Shown in pieces: positions 29,392 through 38,837 of a stretch of DNA of 61,214 nucleotides. Made by a program: the position numbers and the translations under genes. Location: the sequence record DRR723986_6707. One strand, given 5' to 3'. The notes beneath the pieces were generated by a model. It ran no database searches. It was given only the letters and a program-made list of their open reading frames with translations, and was not told the DNA's origin. Each line of letters begins with the position of its first letter. Position 1 is the stretch's first letter.

Positions 29392-29733
29392 ATGAAGGAA
29401 TGGCTAGGGAGGACGGTTTTTGTCCTTGCGATCGGTCTAGTTGCTTACACTTGTTTGACGGTCCCGGGCGTTAGCCAGGGAGTCAGGACAGGCTCTGATG
29501 CTCACCGGTCCACGGCCAGCGGCGGCCTTCAGGTCGTTTCGAGCACTTTGCCAAGTGGTTTTCAAGAGCTTGCCGTCATCGATCCAGCGGCTCCGTCAAT
29601 TGCCATCTACCATATCGACAACGCTGGACGACTACTTCTGCGCAGTGTTCGCAACATCCAGGGCGACTTGAGAATGGAAGAATTCAACACTCAAAGTCCG
29701 CTGCCAAGCGAGCTGCGCGCTCTGCAGCCCTAA
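29392..29733 (+). CDS. Small exported or membrane-anchored hypothetical protein
   Basis: AGGAG RBS before ATG 29392, N-terminal hydrophobic segment, beta-rich body (LAVIDP..IAIYHID..GRLLLRSVRNI.GDL). Confidence 0.7.
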   Translation: MKEWLGRTVFVLAIGLVAYTCLTVPGVSQGVRTGSDAHRSTASGGLQVVSSTLPSGFQELAVIDPAAPSIAIYHIDNAGRLLLRSVRNIQGDLRMEEFNTQSPLPSELRALQP

Positions 29734-30161
29734 GACGCCCGTGCCATGTAATCATGGCCGAAAAGCAGCATTTCTGGCCAGTCAGCGGCCCCTTCGCGCG
29801 CGAGCTCTAGTGGGCTGGCAGCCCTGCTCAGTGAGTTGTCTGGCTGCAAACAAGACCCAAATGTCCAGTATTCTCGGGTGTGATTCAGCTTTTAAGGCTT
29901 ATCGGGGTCACTCGGCTAGATCGCAGAACGCGGCAAAGAAAGCTCGTTTTTCCTGCTCAGGGGTTTGGGATCGCCGCTCGCTTTAGTTAGGATGGGTAAA
30001 TTGCGGCGTGTAGTGCGAGTGCGTGTGGGCGTTCCGAGGCCTGTAAACGCAATAAAATGCTCGTCTTTGCCGGACATCTCATCTAAAATTTACCGTAAAC
30101 GAAGCGCGAAACTCGGTGGAATTCCACCCGAGCGTCTTTTCGATCAGGAGTTCGTGGCAGT

Positions 30162-31487
30162 ATGTCGAATTTTGTTTCGCTTGATGAAGCAGCAAAGAAG
30201 CTTGGCGTCAGTGCCGATGAATTGGTCGAAATGCGTTCGCGAGGCGATATTTTCGGCTATCGCGACGGGGCAAGCTGGAAATTCAAGCCAGAGGAAATTG
30301 AGCGCGTCGCTTCTGAGATGATGGGCGACGCTCTGGACGAAGACCCTGCTGGTTCGTCGATTCTGGTTTCGGGTAGTTCGCACGGTAGCACGATTGGTAG
30401 TGACATTGTCACTGCCGACGAAGATTCCGACGTTGAACTGGTTGCTGATCCTAACTCGGGAAGCGACGTTCGGCTGGTTAGCAAGGGCGATAGCGAATTG
30501 CAGCTTGCCGGAAGCGACGCTGGGCTGGAAATGGCCGACAGCGACGACGACGATGACGAACTGCAATTGGCATCTGACGATGGTGACGATCTGCTAGCCG
30601 CTGCTTCGGATGCAGCATCTTCACTAGGTTCGTCACTGGGCAGTGATTTGGAATTGGCTGGCTCTGACCTTGGTCTTGGCTCCAACGCAGGCAGTGATAT
30701 TGAGATCAGTGATTCTGATGCACTCAATCTTGCTCCATCAGACGACGCTTCCAATGTTCTGGGCTCGGATCTCAACCTGGCAAGCGATGGTGGCAGTGAG
30801 CTGATCAAGGGCGATAGCGACCCAGCGATCGACTCTGGCTCCCTTGATCTGCAAGGCAGCGATTTGGAATTGAGCGACGGCGATGACCTAGTGCTTAGTG
30901 GCGGTAGCGATTTGGCGCTCGGCAGCGATAGTGGCATTAATTTGATGAGTCCTGCTGACAGTGGCATCTCTCTCGATGAGCCATTGGATCTGGCTGCCAG
31001 CGGAATTTCCGGTCTGGACCTAGCCGCGGAAGGTTCCGACGTCGAAAGCCCTTCGGCAAGCGGATCGGCCGTCGACTTCCAGCAAGATGATGAGTTCAAT
31101 CTTTCTCCATCGGGCAGCCTTGAAACTGACGACGACAGTGGTTCTCAAGTAATCGAGCTCGAGGATTCATCTGAGTTTGGTGACGCGCCTGTTGCAGTTC
31201 CCGATGCTGGTGGTCTCGACGATATCTCCGCAGTTGATTCTGGCGGATTCGATGATGGCGGATTTGGTGAGCCTGAGCCTCAGGGGGCGGCCGCGGTTGC
31301 TGCTGTGCCTGACGTGCAATTCTCGCTTTTCGAAGTCTGCGTTCTACTTTCGACGTTGCTGGTACTCTGCTTTGGTGGCATTCTGGTCAGCGACGTTGTG
31401 CGAAACCTATGGGCCTGGAGCGAATCAGACAGCTCGCTCACCAGCGGATTCACGGACATGGTCTTGAGCGCTTTAGGGCTGAAGTAG
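30162..31487 (+). CDS. Excisionase/MerR-like HTH protein with acidic repeat region and C-terminal TM anchor
   Basis: N-terminal VSLDEAAKKLGVS...GDIFGYRDGASWKFKPEEIER, about 335 aa rich in D/S/G/L, TM VCVLLSTLLVLCFGGILV. AGGAG RBS upstream. Confidence 0.8.
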   Translation: MSNFVSLDEAAKKLGVSADELVEMRSRGDIFGYRDGASWKFKPEEIERVASEMMGDALDEDPAGSSILVSGSSHGSTIGSDIVTADEDSDVELVADPNSGSDVRLVSKGDSELQLAGSDAGLEMADSDDDDDELQLASDDGDDLLAAASDAASSLGSSLGSDLELAGSDLGLGSNAGSDIEISDSDALNLAPSDDASNVLGSDLNLASDGGSELIKGDSDPAIDSGSLDLQGSDLELSDGDDLVLSGGSDLALGSDSGINLMSPADSGISLDEPLDLAASGISGLDLAAEGSDVESPSASGSAVDFQQDDEFNLSPSGSLETDDDSGSQVIELEDSSEFGDAPVAVPDAGGLDDISAVDSGGFDDGGFGEPEPQGAAAVAAVPDVQFSLFEVCVLLSTLLVLCFGGILVSDVVRNLWAWSESDSSLTSGFTDMVLSALGLK

Positions 31488-31622
31488 ATCCGGCACAAAC
31501 GTCCGTGATTCATCTTCCGCCAAGTGCGATTTCCTGCTAGCGTCCACCATAGCTTCGCGTCACGGCTTTTCGGCCACGGCGAGTGAGCTTGCTGGAAACG
31601 GACTTCATAGCAGGAGGCGATC

Positions 31623-32084
31623 GTGGTGTCCCCACGCAGTCAATACTGTCACTCGAATAGGCCCCAATCATCGGTAGCAGTGCGTCCCTGCGCTCGCCGG
31701 GTGATTGCTTTGCTCCCAGCGCTTTGCCTGTTCCTCTGTGGTTGCAACTCGCTTTCTAACCGCTCCTTGGTCAAGCAACTCCAAGGCGAAAACGAACGGC
31801 TGATCAGTGAGTTTCAGGCTCAGAAGCAGATCGCCAAACGCTTGAACGAACGGAACCAGCTCCTCGAGGGGCGTTTGGCTGAGAGTGAAAAGCTGATTGC
31901 AAAGGAATTGGGACCATCGCGGATCTCGAGTTTGCCGCCTGCCCGTCCAACCAATAGTCCTCGCTCTTTCGGTCCAGCCAACGGTAATTCGGCCTATGGC
32001 GGATCGGCCAGCAGCGGGGGAGCTTCTGGTTCTTCTACTACCCAGGGCGCCGTGGACACCAGTCTTAGGTGGGAATCTCGCTAG
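31623..32084 (+). CDS. Putative coiled-coil lipoprotein
   Basis: AGGAGG RBS before GTG, hydrophobic stretch ending LCGC (lipobox-like), coiled coil, Ser/Gly-rich tail. Confidence 0.65.
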   Translation: MVSPRSQYCHSNRPQSSVAVRPCARRVIALLPALCLFLCGCNSLSNRSLVKQLQGENERLISEFQAQKQIAKRLNERNQLLEGRLAESEKLIAKELGPSRISSLPPARPTNSPRSFGPANGNSAYGGSASSGGASGSSTTQGAVDTSLRWESR

Positions 32085-32330
32085 TAGCTCGGTGATTCTT
32101 AGTCCTTGTTCGCCATTCGCCCTTTTTATCTGCGTGGCGAATTGACGCGACGATCAGCCTTTGAAGGTGATTTGCGGGTACTTTCTTGCCCTCCGTCCGC
32201 TAGACTAATCCTGATGGATTGGGAGCAGGAGTAGGGAGATTCCTTTTACCAACCTGGAAATGTAAAGTCGCAGTGCGATGGCATATTTTCGGATGGGGAT
32301 ATTCGATTCTACGGTTGCCGCACCAAGCCC

Positions 32331-32560
32331 TCCTGGTGACCAAATACTGCGTGAAGATCGCTACTGCCAAGCTGAGTTGCGTTGTCGCGTGCCCGTTCCC
32401 ACTCAATCAATTTAGTGCTCCAATTGCCTGGTGGTTGTTACCGCAAAGCCAGCAATCCAACCCGGCGCTGTTGAGTGGGGGATTTTTCATGCTCGACCCA
32501 AAATTGTCTCAGTCCCGATGTGGGTTCAAAGTCGTACAATCTACAGGCCCGCTTCAGGGA
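32331..32560 (+). ncRNA. Candidate rod-shaped ncRNA, possibly 6S-like
   Basis: Nested inverted repeats in a roughly 620-bp intergenic gap. The 3' side has GTGGGTTCAA...CAGGGA. G-U pairs favour the plus strand. Folded by eye only. Confidence 0.35.
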
Positions 32561-32703
32561 ACCAGCGTAGAGGCTACGTTCACGCGAATCGATGGCTTGG
32601 CTTAGCCAGTTTTACATCAGTTCAAACGGTTTTAGCCCATCCTGCCGGTCTCTTCCTAATAACAGTGGTCCCTTTTACTACCAGACTAAATTCAGCTTTC
32701 CCA

Positions 32704-33942
32704 ATGCACAGTACATATATGCCGTCAACTTCTTCACGCACTCGCTATAGCGCTACAGTCAGCGCGGTGGCATTAGTGATGGTTGCGATCGGATGTGACA
32801 GCGGTCCAAAGATTTCGGTCTATAAAGTTGATCGAGCGGACAGCGAAGTTCGAACTGAGAGTCCTCCGCCAGCCGTTGCGGTGACTGAGCAGATTCACGG
32901 CGCTATCGTGCCCAACGGAGACAGTGCGTGGTTCTTCAAGCTTCGCGGCGATGCCGAATTGACTAGGAAGTTCTCCGACGAATTTCGTCAGATTGTTGAA
33001 GGCGTGAAATTCGAATCCGGCGAACCCAAGTGGACGCTGCCAGAGCAGTGGAAAGACGCTCCTGGCGGTGGTTTCACTTACGCCAAGTGGGTTGAGCAGT
33101 CGTCTGGTTTGGTGGCAACAGTTAGCGTTCTGTCGATTAACGACGATTGGCAGTCCTACTTGGTAATGAACATCAATCGTTGGCGAGGCCAAGTGTCACT
33201 GCCGGGGCAACAGTGGGATGCGATGGAGCAGGAGCTGGAGGTTCTCGACACACTTTCCACCGAGCAGGATCGGCCGGCATACTACGTCAGCATGACGGGC
33301 AAGGGCGGGCAAGGATCGATGGGCGGAGCACCGTTTTTGGAGGCGATGCGAAGGGCTCAGCAAGCCAAAGCCGCTGCCGAAGCGGACGGCGATGCAGCAA
33401 GCGACAAAGCAGCCAATGGTGATGTCAGCGATACAGCTCCCGAGATAACCGGAGACGAACCGATCGCCAGCGGCGAAATGGCAGGCGGTAAAGATTCGTC
33501 GCAACCAAAACCGCTGCAGTACGTTGTTCCGGAAGGTTGGTCCGAAGTACCGCCGAAGAATTCGATGCGGAAGGCTCAGTTTGAAGCAACAGCCGAAGGC
33601 CAAGCCGTTGAAGTCATCGTGTCGCAGGCCGGTGGAGCCATCGAGCAAAACATGGGTATGTGGCTGGGGCAGGTCGGTGGTAAACCATCGGAAGAATCGG
33701 TGGCTTCGATTGTGAAAGCAGCCAGTACGGTTGAAACCAAAACAGGAACTGCAGCGATTTATCAAATCGTCGGTAAAGAGCACGGTGGCGAGAAGTCCGA
33801 GAGCATGCTCTTGGCTGAGATCCCAATTACTGACAGCTATTCATGGTTTGTCAAAATGGTTGGCGATGCGGATGCAGTGGATGGACTTTCCGATAGCTTT
33901 GAAGAATTCGTCCGCTCTGTCGAGTTTGATAAACCTGAATAG
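32704..33942 (+). CDS. Putative lipoprotein with internal domain duplication, upstream of ccsBA
   Basis: Hydrophobic signal ending AIGC. Two similar modules (WTLPEQW...NINRWRGQV and YVVPEGW...NMGMWLGQV) and WFFKLRGD/WFVKMVGD. Start 32704 or 32719 is more plausible than 32431. Confidence 0.7.
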   Translation: MHSTYMPSTSSRTRYSATVSAVALVMVAIGCDSGPKISVYKVDRADSEVRTESPPPAVAVTEQIHGAIVPNGDSAWFFKLRGDAELTRKFSDEFRQIVEGVKFESGEPKWTLPEQWKDAPGGGFTYAKWVEQSSGLVATVSVLSINDDWQSYLVMNINRWRGQVSLPGQQWDAMEQELEVLDTLSTEQDRPAYYVSMTGKGGQGSMGGAPFLEAMRRAQQAKAAAEADGDAASDKAANGDVSDTAPEITGDEPIASGEMAGGKDSSQPKPLQYVVPEGWSEVPPKNSMRKAQFEATAEGQAVEVIVSQAGGAIEQNMGMWLGQVGGKPSEESVASIVKAASTVETKTGTAAIYQIVGKEHGGEKSESMLLAEIPITDSYSWFVKMVGDADAVDGLSDSFEEFVRSVEFDKPE

Positions 33943-34093
33943 ATTTGCAGATGCCGGTCTGAACGTTCAACGTTCGGTGGTCCTTTGACGGGACTACCAA
34001 AAGCGATTCGGCAACATAGAAACACACTGGAAGACTTGCTGAGCCAGCGAACCCGCTGGGGCTCAGTTAAAGAGAATAGGCGAGAGGTGGCAT

Positions 34094-37000
34094 ATGGCTA
34101 CAGCAGATATGACAAAGGCGATTGCAGGGAAGAAGGCGGCGGATGTTCCGTTCCCGTTAGCCGTTCTGCGAGCTTTGGGGTCGCTCAAGATCACGGTCGC
34201 AATGTTTGCGATGGCAATGTTCGTCGTCCTGGTGGGGACGCTCGCGCAAGACGACCTTGATCTCGCGCAGGTGAAACGCGAGTATTTTACGTGCTGGATC
34301 GCCTATGTCCCATTCGACGTTTTTGCACCGACGACACTGTTTGAACACCCGGAACCGTATCTCGGCGGTGCTGGATTCTACTTCCCAGGCGGTGCAACGA
34401 TTGGATTGATCCTGTTGGTCAACTTGATTGCCGCCAAGACGACGCGTTTCTCGATTCAAGGAAAAGGCGTCAAGTTGTGGATTGGTTGGCTTATTACACT
34501 TTTCGGTACCGGATTGATCACTGCCGTCATCATGAGCGGCCACATTGCGGATGGATTGCAAGGGCAACCGCCGATTGAATACGACACGCTATGGACTCTC
34601 CTCAAGGGCGGTTTTCTCTTGATTTCTATTTCGCTGGTTGTGTATGCAACGTTTGCGATCACGAACAAAAAACCGAAGTTTGTTACCGCGTTCGTCACCG
34701 CCGCAGCTTTAGCCTCGGTCATGATTAGCTTGCTGCTGTTCACTGGTGGAGACTCAGTTCGCCTTGATAACCCCGGCTTGCGAATCGTGTGGCAGCTCTT
34801 GCAAGCAACATTGGCATCCGCCGTCTTGTTGGTCGGCATGGTGCTCGTTTTCGGCACACGGGGTGGGAATGTTCTGATTCACGCCGGTGTAGGTCTGCTG
34901 ATGGTCGGTCAGTTCGTCTTTGGGGATCGTCAGGTAGAGCAGAGAATTGGCTTGGCTGAGGGAGAGAAGACAAACCTAGTCGTCATCGAAGATGAACTTG
35001 AAGTGGCTTTGGTCGACGTCAGCGATCCGAATGAAGATGTTGTCTACGCTATTCACGAGCCGCTTCTTCGAGAGTTCGAAGGAAGCGACGATGTGATTGA
35101 TGACGATTCTTTGCCTTGTAAAGTCCGCATTATCGACTGGATGCAGAACAGCCGCGTCGAACCGCTGGCACCAGGCGACGTCAATCCAGCTACCGCCGGA
35201 CTCGGATTGCAGCAAAAAGCTGTTGAGGCGCAGCCAATTGGTGCCGCTCAAGCGATGACGGACCGAAATGTTGGGGCTGCATACGTTGAATTGATCAGCA
35301 AAAAGACCGGTGAGCCAATTGAGACGCTGCTGCTCAGTCAGGAACGTAATGACGCATCGAAACTGTTTACGACCCTCCTGGACGACCAGCTAGAGTCGGT
35401 CAATATCGATGGTAAGGAGTTCAAGGTCGCGCTGCGTTTCCGACAACTACGCAAGCCGTACGATGTGTATTTGAAAGACGTTGAAAGGATTCAGTACAGC
35501 GGTACCGAGACCCCTCGCGATTTCTCATCTCGAATTGTGCTTACGAACCGCGAAACGGGTGAGAGCCAAGAGAGCAAGACATGGATGAACAATCCGGTTC
35601 GCTACCAGGGAGAAACCTTCTATCAAAGTCGATACAACAAACTGCCCAGTGAGGGCAGAATGGTTGAAACGACTGGATTGCAGGTCGTACAGAACGCTGG
35701 GTGGGTGGTGCCTTATGTTGCGTGCATGATGGTGTTCGTAGGTATGTTTGCTCACTTTGGCGGAACATTCACACGATTTGCCAGGCGACATGAACGTGGA
35801 GCGATACCAGGCGCTGAATTGCAGAAGTCGGCTGGTGGCAACATCTTCCTCCGTGTCGTGATCGCCACGGTGGCTCTTGGCATTTGTGCGTTGGTGACCG
35901 TGCGTTTTGCATGGGAGCCCAAGTATGGCAGAGACGAAGTGGACGCTAAGGTGCTCGGCGGCTTGCCCGTTCAACACGAGGGGCGAATCAAGCCGCTGGA
36001 TACGGTGGCTAAAAATATTTTGCAGGTTACGGCCAAGCCCATGTTTGGCCTGACGCCGCGGATTGAAGATGGCGACGGCAAGAGGCGTTCGCCGAGTGAG
36101 TGGCTTCTTGGTGTTATGGGGGGGGCTGATTGGGTCGAAGACGCGAAAGTCTTCCGTCTCTACTCAAAGGAAGTTCGCGACCTGTTCGATGTTGAAGCTC
36201 GGAAGGGGTACCGCTACTCCTACGGTGAACTGCGACCTGGCATGAAGCGATTCCGTGAGGAGGTAGACAAGATTCGGGGGCTCGAGCCTGATTCCTTCAG
36301 CCTTTATCAGGAAAGGCTAGCTGCCGCTTCGCGACAATTTAGTGAGTACGAACTGACTGCGGCCGCCTACCGAATGCCGCCAGTGCCTGATTTGGATCGG
36401 GTTTCAGATCCGAGTGACTTCGAGGCTCAGATGATCGAAGCGGGTCGTTGGGTAGAAGGCTTGGAACGAGTCGATCCCCCAGCAATCATCCCTCCCGAAG
36501 GCGAGGCAACTAAGACCGGATTGATTGACGCTCGTTGGCGAACATTCGGTTCCTCAGCATTTGGGACCATGACTCGACGGATGGGATACGCCGAACGCCT
36601 CAGTCGACTGACTGGAATGGAGATTGCCGATGAGAGTGAGCACATTCTGTTGGTTTCAGAACTCCTAACAGCGGCAGAAGAAGACGACGCGCAGAAGATC
36701 AATGATAAGGTCGAGGAGTTTACTAAGGCCACCGGCGAGATGCCGCTAGTGAAGCACTACGAGTCGCGTACGGCCTGGGAGCAATGGTTGAGCGCCTACA
36801 ATCCGACGCTTCAAGGTGTTTCGTTGTATGTTTTCGCGATCATCCTTGGCTTTGCTAGTTTCTTAGTCAAGTTGGTCGGCGGATTTGATGGATTGCGGAA
36901 GTTCAGCTTCTGGCTGATCGTCGGCATCTTTGTGATTCATACTATTGCCATCGTTGCGAGAGTTTACGTTTCAGGCAAGGCACCGGTCATCAATCTGTAC

Positions 37001-37756
37001 TCGTCGGCCGTGTTTATCGGTTGGGCGTGTGTCGTGTTTGCACTCGTGCTGGAATGGATGTTCCCAATTGGATTGGCGAATTTGTTTGGCGGAATCATTG
37101 GAGCGTCCACTTTGGCGGTCGCTCGGTTCCTGGACACCGAAGACACTTTGCACGTTTTGCAGGCGGTTCTCGACACGCAGTTCTGGCTGTCGACCCACGT
37201 CATAACGGTGACAGCGGGGTACTCGGTGACATTCCTGGCGGGGATCATCGGAATGGTCGCCTTGGTGCACCGGATGATCGTTGGCCTGGATCGCTATCCG
37301 AAAGGCCAGGGCCCGGCGATGCACATGGATCTTCAGGATATCCTGCATCGAATGGCCTACGGAGTTGTATGCTTTGGCATATTCTTCAGCTTCATTGGAA
37401 CTGTCCTAGGTGGGCTTTGGGCGGATGACAGTTGGGGGAGATTCTGGGGATGGGATCCGAAAGAGAATGGGGCTCTTCTCATTGTTTTGTGGAACGCACT
37501 CATACTCCATGCGAAGTGGGACAAGCAAGTCGGCATGCGTGGCTTTGCTGTTCTGACCGTCGTTGGCAACATTGTTACCGCTTGGTCATGGTTCGGGACG
37601 AATCAGCTCGGCATCGGGTTGCACAGTTACGGTTTCACCAGCGGTGCTTTGATTGCACTGACGGTGTTCTTCATCGCTCACCTGTTGTTTATTGCGGCTT
37701 CGTTGACGATTACGCAAATCTTTGCGGCAGGCGCGCGACGGTCCATCGGGCAGTAG
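34094..37756 (+). CDS. ccsA: Fused cytochrome c biogenesis System II protein (ResB/CcsB plus CcsA)
   Basis: ResB-like N-terminus (LGSLKIT...VGTLAQ, LIHAG, MNNPVRYQGETFYQS). WWD domain WADDSWGRFWGWDPKENGAL with His motifs WLSTHV and GLHSYG. Confidence 0.9.
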   Translation: MATADMTKAIAGKKAADVPFPLAVLRALGSLKITVAMFAMAMFVVLVGTLAQDDLDLAQVKREYFTCWIAYVPFDVFAPTTLFEHPEPYLGGAGFYFPGGATIGLILLVNLIAAKTTRFSIQGKGVKLWIGWLITLFGTGLITAVIMSGHIADGLQGQPPIEYDTLWTLLKGGFLLISISLVVYATFAITNKKPKFVTAFVTAAALASVMISLLLFTGGDSVRLDNPGLRIVWQLLQATLASAVLLVGMVLVFGTRGGNVLIHAGVGLLMVGQFVFGDRQVEQRIGLAEGEKTNLVVIEDELEVALVDVSDPNEDVVYAIHEPLLREFEGSDDVIDDDSLPCKVRIIDWMQNSRVEPLAPGDVNPATAGLGLQQKAVEAQPIGAAQAMTDRNVGAAYVELISKKTGEPIETLLLSQERNDASKLFTTLLDDQLESVNIDGKEFKVALRFRQLRKPYDVYLKDVERIQYSGTETPRDFSSRIVLTNRETGESQESKTWMNNPVRYQGETFYQSRYNKLPSEGRMVETTGLQVVQNAGWVVPYVACMMVFVGMFAHFGGTFTRFARRHERGAIPGAELQKSAGGNIFLRVVIATVALGICALVTVRFAWEPKYGRDEVDAKVLGGLPVQHEGRIKPLDTVAKNILQVTAKPMFGLTPRIEDGDGKRRSPSEWLLGVMGGADWVEDAKVFRLYSKEVRDLFDVEARKGYRYSYGELRPGMKRFREEVDKIRGLEPDSFSLYQERLAAASRQFSEYELTAAAYRMPPVPDLDRVSDPSDFEAQMIEAGRWVEGLERVDPPAIIPPEGEATKTGLIDARWRTFGSSAFGTMTRRMGYAERLSRLTGMEIADESEHILLVSELLTAAEEDDAQKINDKVEEFTKATGEMPLVKHYESRTAWEQWLSAYNPTLQGVSLYVFAIILGFASFLVKLVGGFDGLRKFSFWLIVGIFVIHTIAIVARVYVSGKAPVINLYSSAVFIGWACVVFALVLEWMFPIGLANLFGGIIGASTLAVARFLDTEDTLHVLQAVLDTQFWLSTHVITVTAGYSVTFLAGIIGMVALVHRMIVGLDRYPKGQGPAMHMDLQDILHRMAYGVVCFGIFFSFIGTVLGGLWADDSWGRFWGWDPKENGALLIVLWNALILHAKWDKQVGMRGFAVLTVVGNIVTAWSWFGTNQLGIGLHSYGFTSGALIALTVFFIAHLLFIAASLTITQIFAAGARRSIGQ

Positions 37757-37780
37757 CACACGCGGCGTGAGGAAGCGGGC

Positions 37781-38827
37781 TTGGCCACAGAAACAAACGC
37801 AAGCACGGTGGCAGATCCGCTCAGTAACGCGGCCAACGAGACAGGTCATACCGGTACAGATCCAAGCAGCGAACTGCCCAGCGATGGTAGTTCTCTGGAC
37901 TATCTTTGGGTGGTCCTAGCTGCATTGCTGTGGAGTACCAGTGGCTTCTTTGCCAAGGCACCTTGGTTTGACGGATGGCCGGAAGAGTCACGCGGGCTCA
38001 TGCTTGCATTCTGGCGAAGTGCGTTTGCAGCACTGGTGCTTTTGCCTGTTATTCGAAAGCCGTGTTTTCGAATTCAGATGATTCCGATGATGGCTTGTTT
38101 CGCGATCATGGTTTGGTCGTTCATGTCGGCGATGGTTTATGGGCCAGCAGCCAATGCGATCTGGCTGCAGTATTTGGCACCTGCCTGGGTGTTACTGGTC
38201 AGCGCCCTGGTACTGAAGCAGCCGATGGACCGACGCGACATCAGCATGGTGGGCCTGTGCATCTTGGGTGTGGCAATCATTCTGGCGATGGAATTGCGAC
38301 AGGGAGCAAACGCTTATGCCTCCGCAATGGGAATTCTCTCTGGAGTGTCTTTTGCTGGTGTTGTGATTTCGATGAAGAGTCTTCGCGGAGTTGATCCGGC
38401 TTGGCTCATCACGCTGAATCATTCGGCAACTGCACTGATTTTGCTACCGTGGGTATGGCAGGTGGAAGGATCGGTTAGTCCTGGCAGCTATATTGCTCTT
38501 GGGCTATTTGGCGTATTTCAGATGTCGCTGCCCTACGTTCTGTTCGCGCGTTCTATGCGGACCGTTAGCAGCCCCGAGGCCTCGGTAATCTCCTTGCTTG
38601 AGCCGATCCTAGTACCGCTGTGGGTATTCATCGCTTGGCGACATCATGAGCAATATGATCCGCCCCGGTGGTGGGCGCTCGCGGGCGGTGGAGTAATCCT
38701 TGCTGCACTTCTGATCAGATATCTTCCAGCGCTTTCGCGAAGCGGTGTGTTTCGCGCTGGAAGGCTGGGAGCAGTCGAAGGTTTGGGGAACACGAAAGGC
38801 CAGGAGAGCAAGAAAGACATTCGTTGA
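37781..38827 (+). CDS. DMT/EamA family transporter
   Basis: About 10 TM segments. AALLWSTSG, ANAIWLQYLAP, GVFQMSLPYVLF, EASVISLLEPIL. Confidence 0.88.
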   Translation: MATETNASTVADPLSNAANETGHTGTDPSSELPSDGSSLDYLWVVLAALLWSTSGFFAKAPWFDGWPEESRGLMLAFWRSAFAALVLLPVIRKPCFRIQMIPMMACFAIMVWSFMSAMVYGPAANAIWLQYLAPAWVLLVSALVLKQPMDRRDISMVGLCILGVAIILAMELRQGANAYASAMGILSGVSFAGVVISMKSLRGVDPAWLITLNHSATALILLPWVWQVEGSVSPGSYIALGLFGVFQMSLPYVLFARSMRTVSSPEASVISLLEPILVPLWVFIAWRHHEQYDPPRWWALAGGGVILAALLIRYLPALSRSGVFRAGRLGAVEGLGNTKGQESKKDIR

Positions 38828-38837
38828 GCACGTGTGC

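Noticed and set aside
30340-31200. CRISPR or DNA tandem array in the GGCAGCGAT-rich region
   Set aside because: Units vary in length and codon use and lie in an open frame. This is a protein-level repeat with no constant repeat-spacer pattern and no cas genes.
32219-32703. ORF 32219-32605 and the 91-aa N-terminal extension of ORF 32431
   Set aside because: Neither looks protein-like. The lipoprotein signal only makes sense from ATG 32704 or 32719, and the region is better explained by RNA structure.
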